Assembly: GCA_012295275.1 (NCBI GenBank)
Contig: CM022672.1
Span: 28,396,001-28,460,000 of the forward strand
Length of the DNA stretch: 64,000 nt
Reading direction: 5' to 3'
Origin: Chrysomallon squamiferum
Lineage: Eukaryota; Animalia; Mollusca
Part shown: one piece after another, positions 29,420 through 43,100 of the stretch
How the letters are laid out: each line of letters starts with the position of its first letter
Numbering within the stretch: the stretch's first letter is position 1
Translations under genes and position numbers: made by a program
Notes under the pieces: model-generated
Told to the model about the DNA's origin: nothing
Seen by the model: only the letters and a program-made list of their open reading frames with translations
The model's database searches: none

Positions 29420-32400
29420 CATCATTGAAATGAACGAATGAATGTTTAATACTTTCTGAGCACTCATCATTTCTACTGGAAGAAATAAAGGGGACACACA
29501 GTGATGACCTTTTTTTTTTAAATTAATAGATCTGGCTTAAATTTTAACACAATGTCAGTCACACATTAGAAAAGAAACATAAAACTTTAAAAACAATATC
29601 GAACTCTTAAAAGGCCCAGACTGGGTTGATATCACTGTTTCAGCTCAAAATCTCAATCTCCATAACTTATAGGTAAATAGTTTAAATACATGTGCATGTT
29701 ATAACAGAGAGCTTTTGGTGTTTTCAGATTAGATTTTAAGAGGAGATATTATTTAGATGCACCTTTCCCATGGATATATCTTGAAACTGATAAAGCAACT
29801 ACTGGATATATTTTTAAATGGAAAATAGCCAAAAAAATTATATATGAAGAAGTAAAAATAAAACAATCAGAAGGATGATCTTCTGATGCATCAAGCCTCA
29901 AAAACATTACAATAATAAATCAGATGTGATTAAAAACAGAACAAAACCTCACCTCTGCTTCTGATCGCACAGAAGCTCCAAATGCTCCATCTAGAACCTC
30001 AAGTGCACTGCTTAATAATCTACAGATAAAAATTAATTTACTTTGTTTAACCAAAAATACATTAATCTTAATAACGGATCCACAGTAAGTAAAATATTAA
30101 CTTGTTATAAACACCATCAAAAGTACTTTTTTTAAAATGCTGCAAATGTTCTGAGATTTTTTCTTTCTTCTTTTTCATTCTTTTCAATTTTTGTAAAAAA
30201 GATGGATCCTTTCAGTTGTTTTAGATGTCTTAATAAAATTATAATATTAATTTCATGGCACTTTTAGGTAATACAATTTAATTTTTAAAGTAATGCTATT
30301 CAAAACTTATTAAAGAAATTCTAATTAAAAACAAGCATTAACAAACAAGAACAGTTGAATCTTACTTATCAGCTGAAGTCATTGGCAATGGAGCAGATGG
30401 AACTGCTTCACTGTCTGTTGATGATGACAATGTTTGTACTGGAGCAGTTACTTTTGAAGCTGATGTTTCTGGGAAATCATCAGTCTCTTCCGGCCAGCCA
30501 AATGCTTCTTTTGTCTTCACATACACCTTCACAGAATCCAACATAGTGACACCATTTGGATCAATGCTGGCACCAACTACAATTGTAAAATTAAAAACTG
30601 TATTTAATTAGCACTGAAAATATTAACTATAAATATAATTTAGAAATGTTTCCATTTCATTTACTGTATTTTATCATGATAATACAGATGCGATGTATAA
30701 ATACTTATAAATTTATACAGCTTACCGATTAAAAAGGACAATGAATATTAATTACAGTTTTACATTTCAATCAATAAAGACATCACATGACAAGAAGTCA
30801 ACTTAAAGCAATATAAATGCTAATAAACAGTTCAATTCTTAAACAAAATAAAACTGAAATATCAAAATTAATCAATTATTTTTTTTGAAGTGCATCACAA
30901 AAATCCTCCCCCCAAAAAATTAATTAATAAATAGGGCAAAAAATTAAACTGACCAAAAAGACTAAACTTCTTATCAGCAGTCAAAGATTCTTCTCTTGTG
31001 AAAGGCAAGTCAAACCATCGACCTCTGGACAGGCTGACCTGTGTAGTGCGGCCAAATACCTCCAAGTATGAGGGTGTACGCTCAGCACTTTGACTACCAA
31101 CTAGAACTCGAACTCCCACCATCACTGTTGTGTTGTTTGTATTATTTATTTCCAGGGTAAACCCAGCAGGCTGAACAATACACAAAAATTAAAATCATAT
31201 TTAAACAAAAAATTAAAATATAACACAAAAGGAAGATAAATGTGCAGCACATAAATATATTCATTAAATATGGTATAAAATATTAACAGTGCAACTCTTC
31301 ATCCTTTATCACAAATTTCTGAATCTGAAACCTTTATCAACATGAGACAGATCTCCATAAATAAAAAGCTGAGTCTTAGACAATCAACTCTATGTAAACT
31401 TCTGACTTTATTATCTATAGTTAGTTGTTCTTTAAAAGATAAATGTTTAGTCTATAAAAATTCCTTTAATACCTTGGTGCTGGCAATATACATTCCATTT
31501 GTGTTGAGTCTGTGTTTCACCTGCTGTATGTTGTAGACTTGCAAAACATCATTGCCACCAAACTGAAATTACAGAAACATTTTTCCTTTTCACATTTCCT
31601 TATTCTGTTCAATATCAAGGGTTTGGGGGGAGGAGTTTCATACAAAGCATTCAAATAACTATTTAACTCTACAATACTACTTTACCTCAATGTCATTTGT
31701 CTGTTGGCAGTGCTCAAAGAAATCTGTTGGAAAGTTCACCAATCCAACTGGCCGTCCTGCAAGTAGAATTAAAAGAAAATTATTACAAATAAATATCTTC
31801 ATGAAACTTTATTCTGAACATAACAAAACTTTAAAAAATATAATAAATAAACATAACCAAAAAAATTATTTATGTAAGGATATTTTGTTAATGTCTTTTT
31901 GTTGTGTTTAACATGAAATTGGTATTCACAATTTTACCATTTACTACATTAACCTGGAACGAAAATAAAAAATGATTTGTATCCCAAGCATGATTCACAC
32001 ATTAATAGTAATAAATGAAGCACTCCACTTATTTCAATCCTGCAAAGAGAAACAAACCTGATCTGCTGATCTTTTTCTTTTTTGCTGGTTTCAGAACTGC
32101 AATTGGACTCTGAGGCTGTAAGTAAGGTGACAGCCAGAAGTTTGTGTTTTCCACATTGGCCATGTAGATTCTCAAACTACCATCTTCACAAAGCAAAATC
32201 ATTGTTGTTCTCAACTATCACAAAAACAAGATTTTTTTTCTTATTTCATATTTATAAAATCAGTCTTTGATTTATTTTTTCATAAAAATAACTAGTAATT
32301 CAGACATTCTTATAATGTAAGTCTCTAATATAAATAAAATGAATATAAAAAAACTATTTTAGTAATTAAGAGCCTTATACGGCTGTGGCTAGTACTGAGA

Positions 32401-34432
32401 AGATGATAATGTAGCTGAACTTGCTTTATTTTTGTTACTAGATATTACCTGATCAGTGTTCGAAGCAATGTGTCTGATGGCAACTACATCTTGGATCTGT
32501 AATAAATCAGTTTAATAAATCAGAAATTATATAGATATATACAAAAATGTTAAGTATTACACTAAAAGGTACCAAAATGAAACATAAGCAATAAAAACAA
32601 AATAAAAATAAACCACTTACTAATATCTAAAAATAATCCAAGCAAGAGTTTGAAAAAAAAGGAAAAAGAAGAAGAATTAAATATACCACATAAGAGTAGT
32701 TCTTACCTTTGCCTTTGCTGGTACTACTTTGATTTCCTGCATGGTGATGGTATCTGGGGTTACCATGATAACTACAGGGTTGTTTGAAGTCTGAGCCATG
32801 CAATAAAGCAAGCCTGTGTGTCCACTAATTTCTGACCACTGAACAAGAGGCTGGTTTGTATTTCCTCCTTTACCACTTCCATTGGAGCTTTAATACAATT
32901 AAAAACATTCTTCTATTGGCTATTTACTCAAAAATTTTCATAATGTTTATTTAACAAACACGGTTTTTTCTCAGTTTCTTAAATCTTCGATTTGAAAATT
33001 CATTGTATCTATTTAAAAACAGACAAATATCAATCATGATTTTAGTCAAATTAAATGTTCACCACTACTGATACCACACAATAGAGATGATCACATATAT
33101 CAGTTTAGATAAAACCAATTTTATACAATAAATACCTCACAATATATTTGTTTCAGTGTCTCGCTCATTAAATTAAAAATATATTTGAAGCTTTCATATA
33201 AAATATATGTATTTGTGGGGGGAAATAGTAAAGACAAAACTTACCTTTTGAATGTGATGGTGAAAATGTTTGAAACACTAGACAAGTCTTTGGACACAGC
33301 TGCAATAAAACTCTTTCCTGAAATTTTAATTACATGAACATTATATTGAAATGTTATTATTATATGTGATCCAAATGCAACATATAAATAAACATAAGCA
33401 CTATTATGAAATAAACACATCATTATCACTTAGGTGCACAATAATACTTTTTCCCCACTCCCAATTACAAAATGATATTAACATTTTAACAATAAACTTT
33501 CTATTATTGGCCTATGAAAAGAGTCATGTATAATATATTCATCAAATATAAAAAAAACTAAAAAAAATTATAAAGCTACACTTTGTATTTATATTTTAGT
33601 TAGTGATTTCAAATATTCATTGTAATGCATGAGAAGCTTACCCTGTGAATAACTGAAGAACAGCAATTGCAGGGCATGTGAGTAAAACACAGAAACACCT
33701 CCACCTGCAACCTGACCATTGGTTTCCTAAAACATGACAAAATGTTTATTTTTTTATTTTACTCTGTTGTTTCATAAAAACAAAACTCTATACAGATACA
33801 AAATACAAGACATTTTCAAAAACCTTTTATTAAAAAGGGAATAAATATTAATGCAGAAGTTGAAACATATAAATGACACACTGACAATGAAAATCAGTAA
33901 ATGTTGATTTTAAATAGATTTTACTGTGATTCAGAATGACATAAATTTTACATACCTTGAGTTCATAATGTTTCATTTCTAACACATCAGTGATGTAAAA
34001 TGGTCCAAGATTTGCACTACTGCTATCTTCCATCACCTGGGTGTAGATGTAGCCAGACGATGCCATGAGAACCATGTAATGTCCTTGTTCTGTGAAACAA
34101 AATGTAGCATCACGAATCTTTCCACTCGGCAGCAGGAAATAGAACTGTGGGCTTATTGCATCTGATCCAAGATCATAAATCTGAAATAAGAAAATTGTTT
34201 ATATTTGAAAGAGCTAAAGAAAAGATGCAAATCAGTTTTACTGTTTAGTCTGCAGAATGAAGCAAGTTGTAATGTTAAAACTTTTATTTTTATTTTTTTG
34301 TCAGTTTGTTTCATGTGTATGTTTCTGTACAATAGGTGTAAATGAGGTAGAAACAAAATAAAATATCCAGTAGAGACAAAATTAAAGGATGTAGTTGAAA
34401 AGAACTTAATACACAAACACACACTCTCTCTG

Positions 34433-34463
<31 letters not shown>

Positions 34464-37157
34464 AGATAGATGTATCTGTTATACTTTATTAGAATTAAAA
34501 TCCTTTTATTTTTCACTTATGTTAACAACTGCTAGGAGTAATATGGCTATTAAATATTATTTTAAAACAGTAATATGATGTAAACACCTCACCTTTACAA
34601 AATCAGCTGTCACAATTGCTAGTTCAGTCTGTGATCCAGGAAGCCAGATAGCCTGAAATACAGAATGTCACAATGTATAAAGGAAAACAAACAGAAATTA
34701 GGATTGAGAATGACAAGTGTGTTTGTACCTTTATCTCTACTATAAATTTACATAAAACACATCTTTAAAAGACATATGGCCACTCATGCATTTTAAAATG
34801 TAATTTTTTTATAAAGCTATGAATATAATGATAATCTTAATACCTTGATGATGAAGTTTCCTGTTGCCAGTGATGGATGAAGAACAAGATGATCAGCCAC
34901 AGATCCTGAACTTGTGAAAGTCAAAACATGACAATCCTATAATATGTGTAATATAACTACTTTAATATACTGTATTAGACAATTAATTATTTAATATTTA
35001 CAATAATATCCAGAAAAACATCTTTGAAAAACAGAACTAAAGTATGAATTTAATAATTTTATCAATGTATATCAGGCTATGTAGTTGGTGTTATTTAATA
35101 AGTATTTTTACCTTTAGACCACAGACAGCTAGGAAGTCTTCATTGCAGGGATTACCCACAATAGAGAGAACTGTGAATGGGATAGGTGCTGATGACAGTC
35201 TCTGTAAATAATAAAATAATTATTCAGCATTCATATCTGAATTCTATTCAGCACAAAAGAATTAATCTGTCCACCGATATTCTGGATTAACTATCATTAA
35301 ATGAACAGATTTTATCTTACATTTCAATAACTAACTCTATATAAAATTTAGTACAAAATAGTATGGCAGTACTGGACTGAATATGTTTTCCACAGAACCA
35401 TGATAGGCCCAGTTATATTTTTCAGTATTATCTTTGATGAAGACCACTGTTTTCTAAAATCTGTAGCTATTCTTGTATTTTATGTTACCAAAAATGTTTG
35501 AAGTCTTAAATCTTGCATTAACGTAGATATCTGACAGAACTAGAAATAAAATTCATATATTTTTTTCTTACTGTGAGTGTCAACTTCTTCTTGCTTGAGT
35601 CAGCTTGTTTTAAGAGAGCAGACAGCTGAAGAATTGTGATTTTTCCTTTTTCATGACTGATGGCAAGATGCTGACGTTTTCCCTGGTGAGAAGACAGCAC
35701 ACACATAGCCACTCGGTGTATCATGTGTGCCGTGATAAGCTGTCTGATGGTCTGTCCTTGTTCGCCATTATAGTTCATCCTTACATTCTCAAACGCTCCT
35801 TCTTGTGAGCCCAAAGTTACTGTCTGAAAAGAAATATCAGTTTTAATTACTGTAACTAATAAAACTAAATTCAGTTTTACAAAAATAAAAAATAAATTTC
35901 AATTCTATAATTATTTACCAATAACTTTTAAATAAGATTGTAAGCAATTTAAGACAAACAGATAATTTTGCTTGAGTGTCAAAATTTTGTTGTCTAATGT
36001 TTAAACATTTATGAAATGCATACAAAATTGTATCAAAATATGTTAATCTATACCATCAGCTGATCAGATGTTGTTTCAATTTTCTTTCCTTGTGTATGGA
36101 GATCCTCAAGAGCTTTCTGAGCTCGGGCAGTGCTGCCCATGGGTGACATGTTTTGATAGTTGGCTGAGAGGGGAGGCAGAATCTGTTCTAACATGTCCAG
36201 TACAGTTTTCACAGTGTTTGACGATTCCTACAAAATAAATAATATAAACAGTAAAATATAAATATGAAATGTTTACAAATTCAAAAAAATGAATAAAAAT
36301 AAAAAAGGAAGAAAGTATGAAAGAATTTTAAAATCTTGTTATTTGTATATTTCTTAAATATAACAAATTATTTTTAATTCTTTATAGTGCACTGCCATAC
36401 TGTTTTGTTCTGTTATTACTGATTTTTGAAGCTTGATGAGCAGACATTACTTTGTTATGGATCCAATATCACATGTCACAAACATCATTTATACATTATT
36501 TTTCACAAACTCTCTTCCTATCAACAAACTTATTTGGTTCACAAAAGCAGAAGAAACCCGATGAAAAGGTTCAGTAAAGTCTCTTGACTATTTCCAATTA
36601 ACTGTCCCCTTGCAAAAATATATTGGAAAAAGCAATATTTGACATGTCACTATTCTTGTTGGTGAGCAAAATGATCATTCTTTTCATAACATGTTGAATT
36701 AAACGCATAAAATTATCATTTAAATTACATATGTATTGTTTGACTGTAACTCTACCTTGGTTAATAAATCATCAGCGTTACTTGCTGGCAAAATGTTGGC
36801 TACTAACTGTATGGAGGAGGCCTTCTGCATAAAATCTATGAAGGTTTTGAGCAGTTTATTATTCATGATGATTTATTCAGTAGTATTTAGTTTTTATTTG
36901 ATTTTTCTATGGTTCTGGCAATGCCTTGGAACTAAATATCAAACCTGATTACAAAACCATGAGTGATCTAACACATATAAATGATTTTACCAACTTTGGC
37001 TTTAAACATTAATGTACTTTGCAGAAATGTGAAAAAAGTAGAATGCATATTTGCAAAACATAGTATGACATATGAGTCAAACAAATTGGTGAAATAATTG
37101 CCATTTTGTACTCAACTCTACTTTATTTTAAGCCATACAAAGTTCTAAGTCACCTCC

Positions 37158-37196
<39 letters not shown>

Positions 37197-40100
37197 TTTT
37201 AAACTCACTTGAAGTACATTTTTCCTCCATATTGTTCAATGAACACATGACATTTCACAATAGGCTAGCTATTTTTATTTATCTCCTTTAAATTATTTTT
37301 ATTAACAATCCATTTGAGAAGATATTTTATTGCTGTTTTGTATGTATTATACATAGGTTTATGAATGCAAAGAACAGCGTAAACCACAAACAACCCTAAC
37401 ACGTTAAAAATAATGCAGGAAAATTTTGAACACAAATAAGCAAGTCAGAAGATCATTAATAGGCATTCTTTCTTTCTCTACGAGTCTCATATAAAATATT
37501 TTGTTAAAGGCCCTGTTTTATTAGAAACAGAATATTGATGCATATATTAGATGTTTAATTTTATGATCATGAAAGTAGCTTGGTTCTTTTTCTTGCTGTC
37601 TCATTTCTCCTTCACAAAATCTCAATTTTTCTAGCCCAGCTTGAACCTTGATAACATATGATGAAATAAGGTTTATCAGTGATAATCTTGCCTGAGAAAG
37701 GACCTTAAAAACTGTGCACAAACAGCACCAAAAAATTAAAGATTAAAATCATTACTGAGAATGAAAACTTGATAAAAGAATAAAAGTTATTGCTGTAATT
37801 GTTGCACTGACTTACGTTACAATAAAATGTAACTTACCATATGTCTTAAAAGAACATCTTTAAATCTCTGAAAAATAAAATGAATGAAGAATGTTAAGCA
37901 AGACATTACATTATGGTAACTTTGTGTTAACTACTCAGAGAAGTATAAATTACAAATCATAAAGGACACCATTAGAAGCTAAAATAATATCAACTGTAAT
38001 TCTGAAAACAAAACCTTAACTACAATGTTAAAAGAAATTTACAAGAAACAGTAAATATTTTAGCATGTAAAAGTAACAAATTATTACACTGGCATCTCAC
38101 ATCCATTTCCTTTTCCAATAAGACAATGGATATTTTTTTTAACTGAGAAAAATCACCTCAATCTGTTCTGAAAGCGTTTCCTGTATTTTGTTGCCTTGTT
38201 CCGTGTTTTTTATTACTTCCATTGTTTTTTCCTCCATGCATGGAGAAGACAGTCTACGACGAAGCAAAGATGGGTGTGTTGTGTCCATGGAAAATGGAGA
38301 CTGCACTGATCCACTGCCACTACAGTCCAGTCCACTCTGGGCAGTTCTTTTCACCAATGACTGGTAAATTAAAAATTATAATATAAGTTAAGGAAAATAA
38401 ACAACAACAACAACAACAACAGAAACAAAGAAAAAATCCATAAACTTTCTAGTAAGTTTTCTTGAACTAGTTGAATGATAAAACAAGGTATGAAAACATT
38501 CTTTGAATGAACAAATATATTTTAAAGACTGTAACACTTATTCTACGAAAATTTTTAAATTATCTAAATATGAAATAAAAAATCCTCATCAGAGTACTGA
38601 TTTATAATCAATCTCTTCACTCATCTAAACTGTAATTTTTCATTAACTTTCAAGAAATATATGACATATTTAAATATCTTATTATTTTTTAAAATGTTTT
38701 TATCACTACCTTGCAGCTACCATCTTCTTTCGCACCACAGTCACAAAAGAAGGAACCAAATTTTGCATAGGTCAAATCATGATCCTTGTGACAAACTTTA
38801 GCACAGATTGTACAAACACCAACTCCATCAACCATCTTACAGGTATGACAGTGATACCTGAAATAGTGCAAATATATGTGACTATTAAATTCTATTTAAT
38901 CAACATGATGTACAAATAATCTTGAAAATTAAAATCAGAATTCAGATCATCAGAGAAATCACAGGTAATGTTGTATTTGTCAGAAAAAACCCACAAAATA
39001 AATTGTTAAGAACAAATTCACTGAATAATATCTTATTTTAAACATCTAAATCTTACCAGTGCTGATTCATAAATTCTTTCTGTGTGATCGTAAATGTACA
39101 CAGCTTGTTATTCAGGGATTCTTCATCCTGTAAAACAAAATATGGTTGCCAATTCCTTCTCAAACTCAAATAATAGTTAAAAAACAAAACAAAAAAAAAC
39201 ACACCAGTGTTTAATTATATATTAAAGTCAGAATATTACAGATGTTAATGTTATGAGCACAGACATATTCTAATGTTATTTGTTATAATATTAAGTTGAA
39301 TATAAAATTTGATGACAGAAAAACCAAATACAGCCACTGGGTAGAGTGTAGAATTATAAACTCTTGACAAATGTTCAAGGAATCTCAAACTCCTATGTGA
39401 AATTAGAGAGGTAAAGGTGCTTTCATTATGACAAGCAAACTCACTGAGTCCTCTTCTCCTGAATCCTCCTCCTCCTGAGCTATGTCCTCTGTCCACTCAG
39501 AATCAAAGTCAGGTAACTGTGTAATGTCAGTGTCAAGAGGGGGAGAAGCAGTTCCATTTCTATAAGAACATGAAAAATTAGGAATATTTTCTGAAAATAA
39601 ACTGACCATTTCAGATTTTAACTATTACCATCATCTGAAAAAAAGAAGAAGAAAATATGTTTTATGTTAAAATACCTAACACCCAGCCATGTAATATGTA
39701 TCAAATTACCTGTCAGAAGATCTTTTCAGAGCTCCTAAAATCTTCCCTATGTAGGATAGAAGGCAGCAGAGTGTTTCCAGTAAATCCTTAGGAGAAAAAA
39801 CAACAATGTAGTTAGTGTGATTTAAAGTAATTACAAGACTGACATTAAAATTCAGATCCAAGACGAAGAAATTTGTGTTTGACATTCAAGCACATTATGT
39901 TTTAATTACACAACTGTCACTGCAAAGTTGTAGTAAAGAATTACTCATCAAAATATTCCATATATATTTTCTTTTATTATATCCTAAACAATATCCTAAA
40001 CAATATCGTCACTGCTTATGGATTCTCTAACGTTATTACCAAAATTTATTGATTTATCTGTACCTTTCCTTCTCCTTTGTTGACCAGTGCTTTTTCTATC

Positions 40101-43100
40101 ACTTCAGGTTTAGATATGAATGATTTGCTAAAAAATAAAATCATAATAATAATAACATCAAGCATATTTTAAAATGAAAAAAAAAAAAAATAATAATAAT
40201 AATAAAATAGCAACAGAAAATATAAACCTTTGGCCAAACACTATTAAATAAAATTCAAATTTATTTCAACTATTAATGTTTGGTACGTTACAGTTCTGTT
40301 TCATAGATTGGAACATATGTAATATATTTTTCATTCAAAGAATACGGTTTTGGTAATTCATTAAACAGACAGTAACAAAGTAAACAAGCAAGATTACCAG
40401 ATTTCTATCCATTCAGTAGCAGCCTTGAAAAGGGATACATGACCTTGACCCTGACCAGCTCCAGCCAACATCTGCATGATGACCATAAGCTCCTGAAATC
40501 CAGATATGTCACCTTCTGGGTCTGACAGAAGAGGACCTCCCATTGGAATCAGTGAAGACAGAATGGCTTCACTGACTTCTTCTCCAACCAGACTAAATAA
40601 GAGAAATATAACATATTGACATACAGACCATCTGAGATACATTCTTAATGAAGATTCTACCTTGCCAGATTAATCATCAAAACCATAAACAAAACAAAAC
40701 ACAACTAAATGGATGTGAAAAACTCTTATAACAGTCTAATCAAATTTAAATCACACTATTCCAAACAAAAAAGTAAGAATTAAACTAGTTCCCAAATAAT
40801 TTTATTACTTCTTTTAGCACAGAAATAATTTGAAATGGATAAAAATAAATTAAAAATCTTCTTAAATTCTTAAATACCTCTTCTCTTTCACAATGAATAC
40901 TGTGAGACTGCGCAGCCACATTCGATTTTCCTTTGTACTTCTGTCATCTTCACTTTCCTGGTTTGAAGAAATTAAATAAAAATATTAATATAATTGCAAA
41001 GTAACAATTATATATCAAAAACTGTTTGAACTGCTTTGTTTATAACAACATCAATATACTCATGTACAAACACAATCTTTATTCACGAAGAAATGAATGA
41101 ATGAATGTTTTATGACACTCAAACACAGAAAAAATTCCATTGTTATAGGATTCCATATTATGAACATGATGGTTAAGAGAAAAATGTAAAACATATAAAT
41201 ATAAAGGAAGGATTTTTAACATATTAAACTCAAAATAAAATAAAATAAAATTATAAGCAAATGAAAACCACTGATAAATAAGTAATAATGCAAAATTATT
41301 TGCCCATTTTCTTGCAATCTGAAACATCCTAGAGCCTTGTATTTATTTTGCCTGAAAGAATGCAGTAGAGTACAATAAAAAGCATACATCTTCTGTGCAT
41401 GAGATGATTTTTGAGAGCAATTTCTGAAGGTGGTCTTTCTTGACCAGGGCAAGCTGTGACAGAGACGCACACAGGTTGGAGTAGCTCTTGTCATCAGGGT
41501 TTTCCTCCGCTGAAAAAAAAAGAGTAAAAGGTACTTACATCCAAATAATTACAATAATAGTTAATTCAGAATAAAAACATGATGAACATTAAGGAAGCTA
41601 TTAATCATGCTGGATAAAAAGATCAAATAATATATTTTTGTATTTGATTTGGTGATATTCCACTTCAGAACCTTTTCATTACAAATCATTAAAAATCGAG
41701 ATGATAATTATTTTTTTAATCGTAAAATAAAGATTTTATGAAAATATATTTCAACAATTATACAACTATATTTAATAGAATGTTATGAATTATGAAGATA
41801 AAAAGATAAATAAATATTGCTATGTTTATTTTTTTGATTATTATTACAGAAATAAAATTCTTGATTTAAAAATCGTTATTATATGTAAAAATAAACAAAT
41901 ATTTTACCCAGCTGGAACAGATTGTTGAAGAACTTAAGCATATTTGCTGCGAATTCTGATGACAAGTTTTCTCTCTCAAGACACAACAGGACTTTGTACA
42001 GATCTGAAAAATAAAATCATTAGCATTTAACTAATCATTCATAAAGTAAATAACTACATCAGCTATGTCATAAGGAGCTTTGCTTAATCACAGCAGATTT
42101 TAAGATGATTAAACAGGGAAACAAAAATTATTTGTGTAACCATTTTTTTAAATTTAGTAATAATATACAAAAGTAATAAAAAAGTTAAATAAGGACTACA
42201 ACTTAAATAAATTAATTAATAAAGTTATAAACAATTTACCGTATATACTTGTGTATAAGTCGAATTTTTGGGAGACTATATTAAGGTAATATTTTGGGGG
42301 TCAACTTATACATAGGTAATGCTTCTGTAGCTGTTGCTGAAGAGTCGCCATTTTGACTATTTTTTGCTACGGGATGCATCTAAAATAATCGCGGTCTTTC
42401 AGCTTTTCAAAAATATAATTTTATCGTATACAAAATTTTGAAAAATTAAATAACAAAACCAAATATGAATGTAAAACATGATATTCTTCCGTTTAATGAC
42501 ATAAAAATACATTTTAAAGCGAGAAAACCGTCAGTACGGTGTTATGCCTTACGGCGTCTTGCAATGATCTAGGAATGCAGACTTCTCTGCCAAATTGCAC
42601 TAAATATTGGTCCTAATTTCATAAACAAAACTCACTTGTGTAATTGTAAAGAATTTGTTGAAATAATATTGCAATCGTCATTAATATCCACTACCGACAA
42701 ATCGAAAACAAACTAAATTTCTATAAACGTTCTGCAACAAAAATCAGTTCAACTTCTCGCCATATTTGTTATTCTAGTCGGTTGCCAAGTGCGCAAAGCC
42801 TCGGCCAATTAGTGTGCTAGGAATAGGATCGTGGGCGCGTCTTGTAGCAGAGTTTCGATAGAAAAAAATATTGCTGAGGTTCCGAAATTATCTTACTTTG
42901 AATTGCACATTCATGTAAAATACCGGTAATAAATAATAAAGCAACACATCTTTTGGAATTTATCTACAAAATTTAATTAAATACTGAATTATGTCTATTG
43001 CCTGGAAATCCACACGTACCTTTAAATAGACCATGATCTATATATCCCGGTAATTATGAAACATTGCAACAATACAAACATTTTAATTCCAAAACATCCA

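Noticed and set aside
36380-37720. Possible TE remnants in the intron between exons 36227 and 37838
   Set aside because: The composition hints at old repeats, but I could not recover termini or protein motifs.
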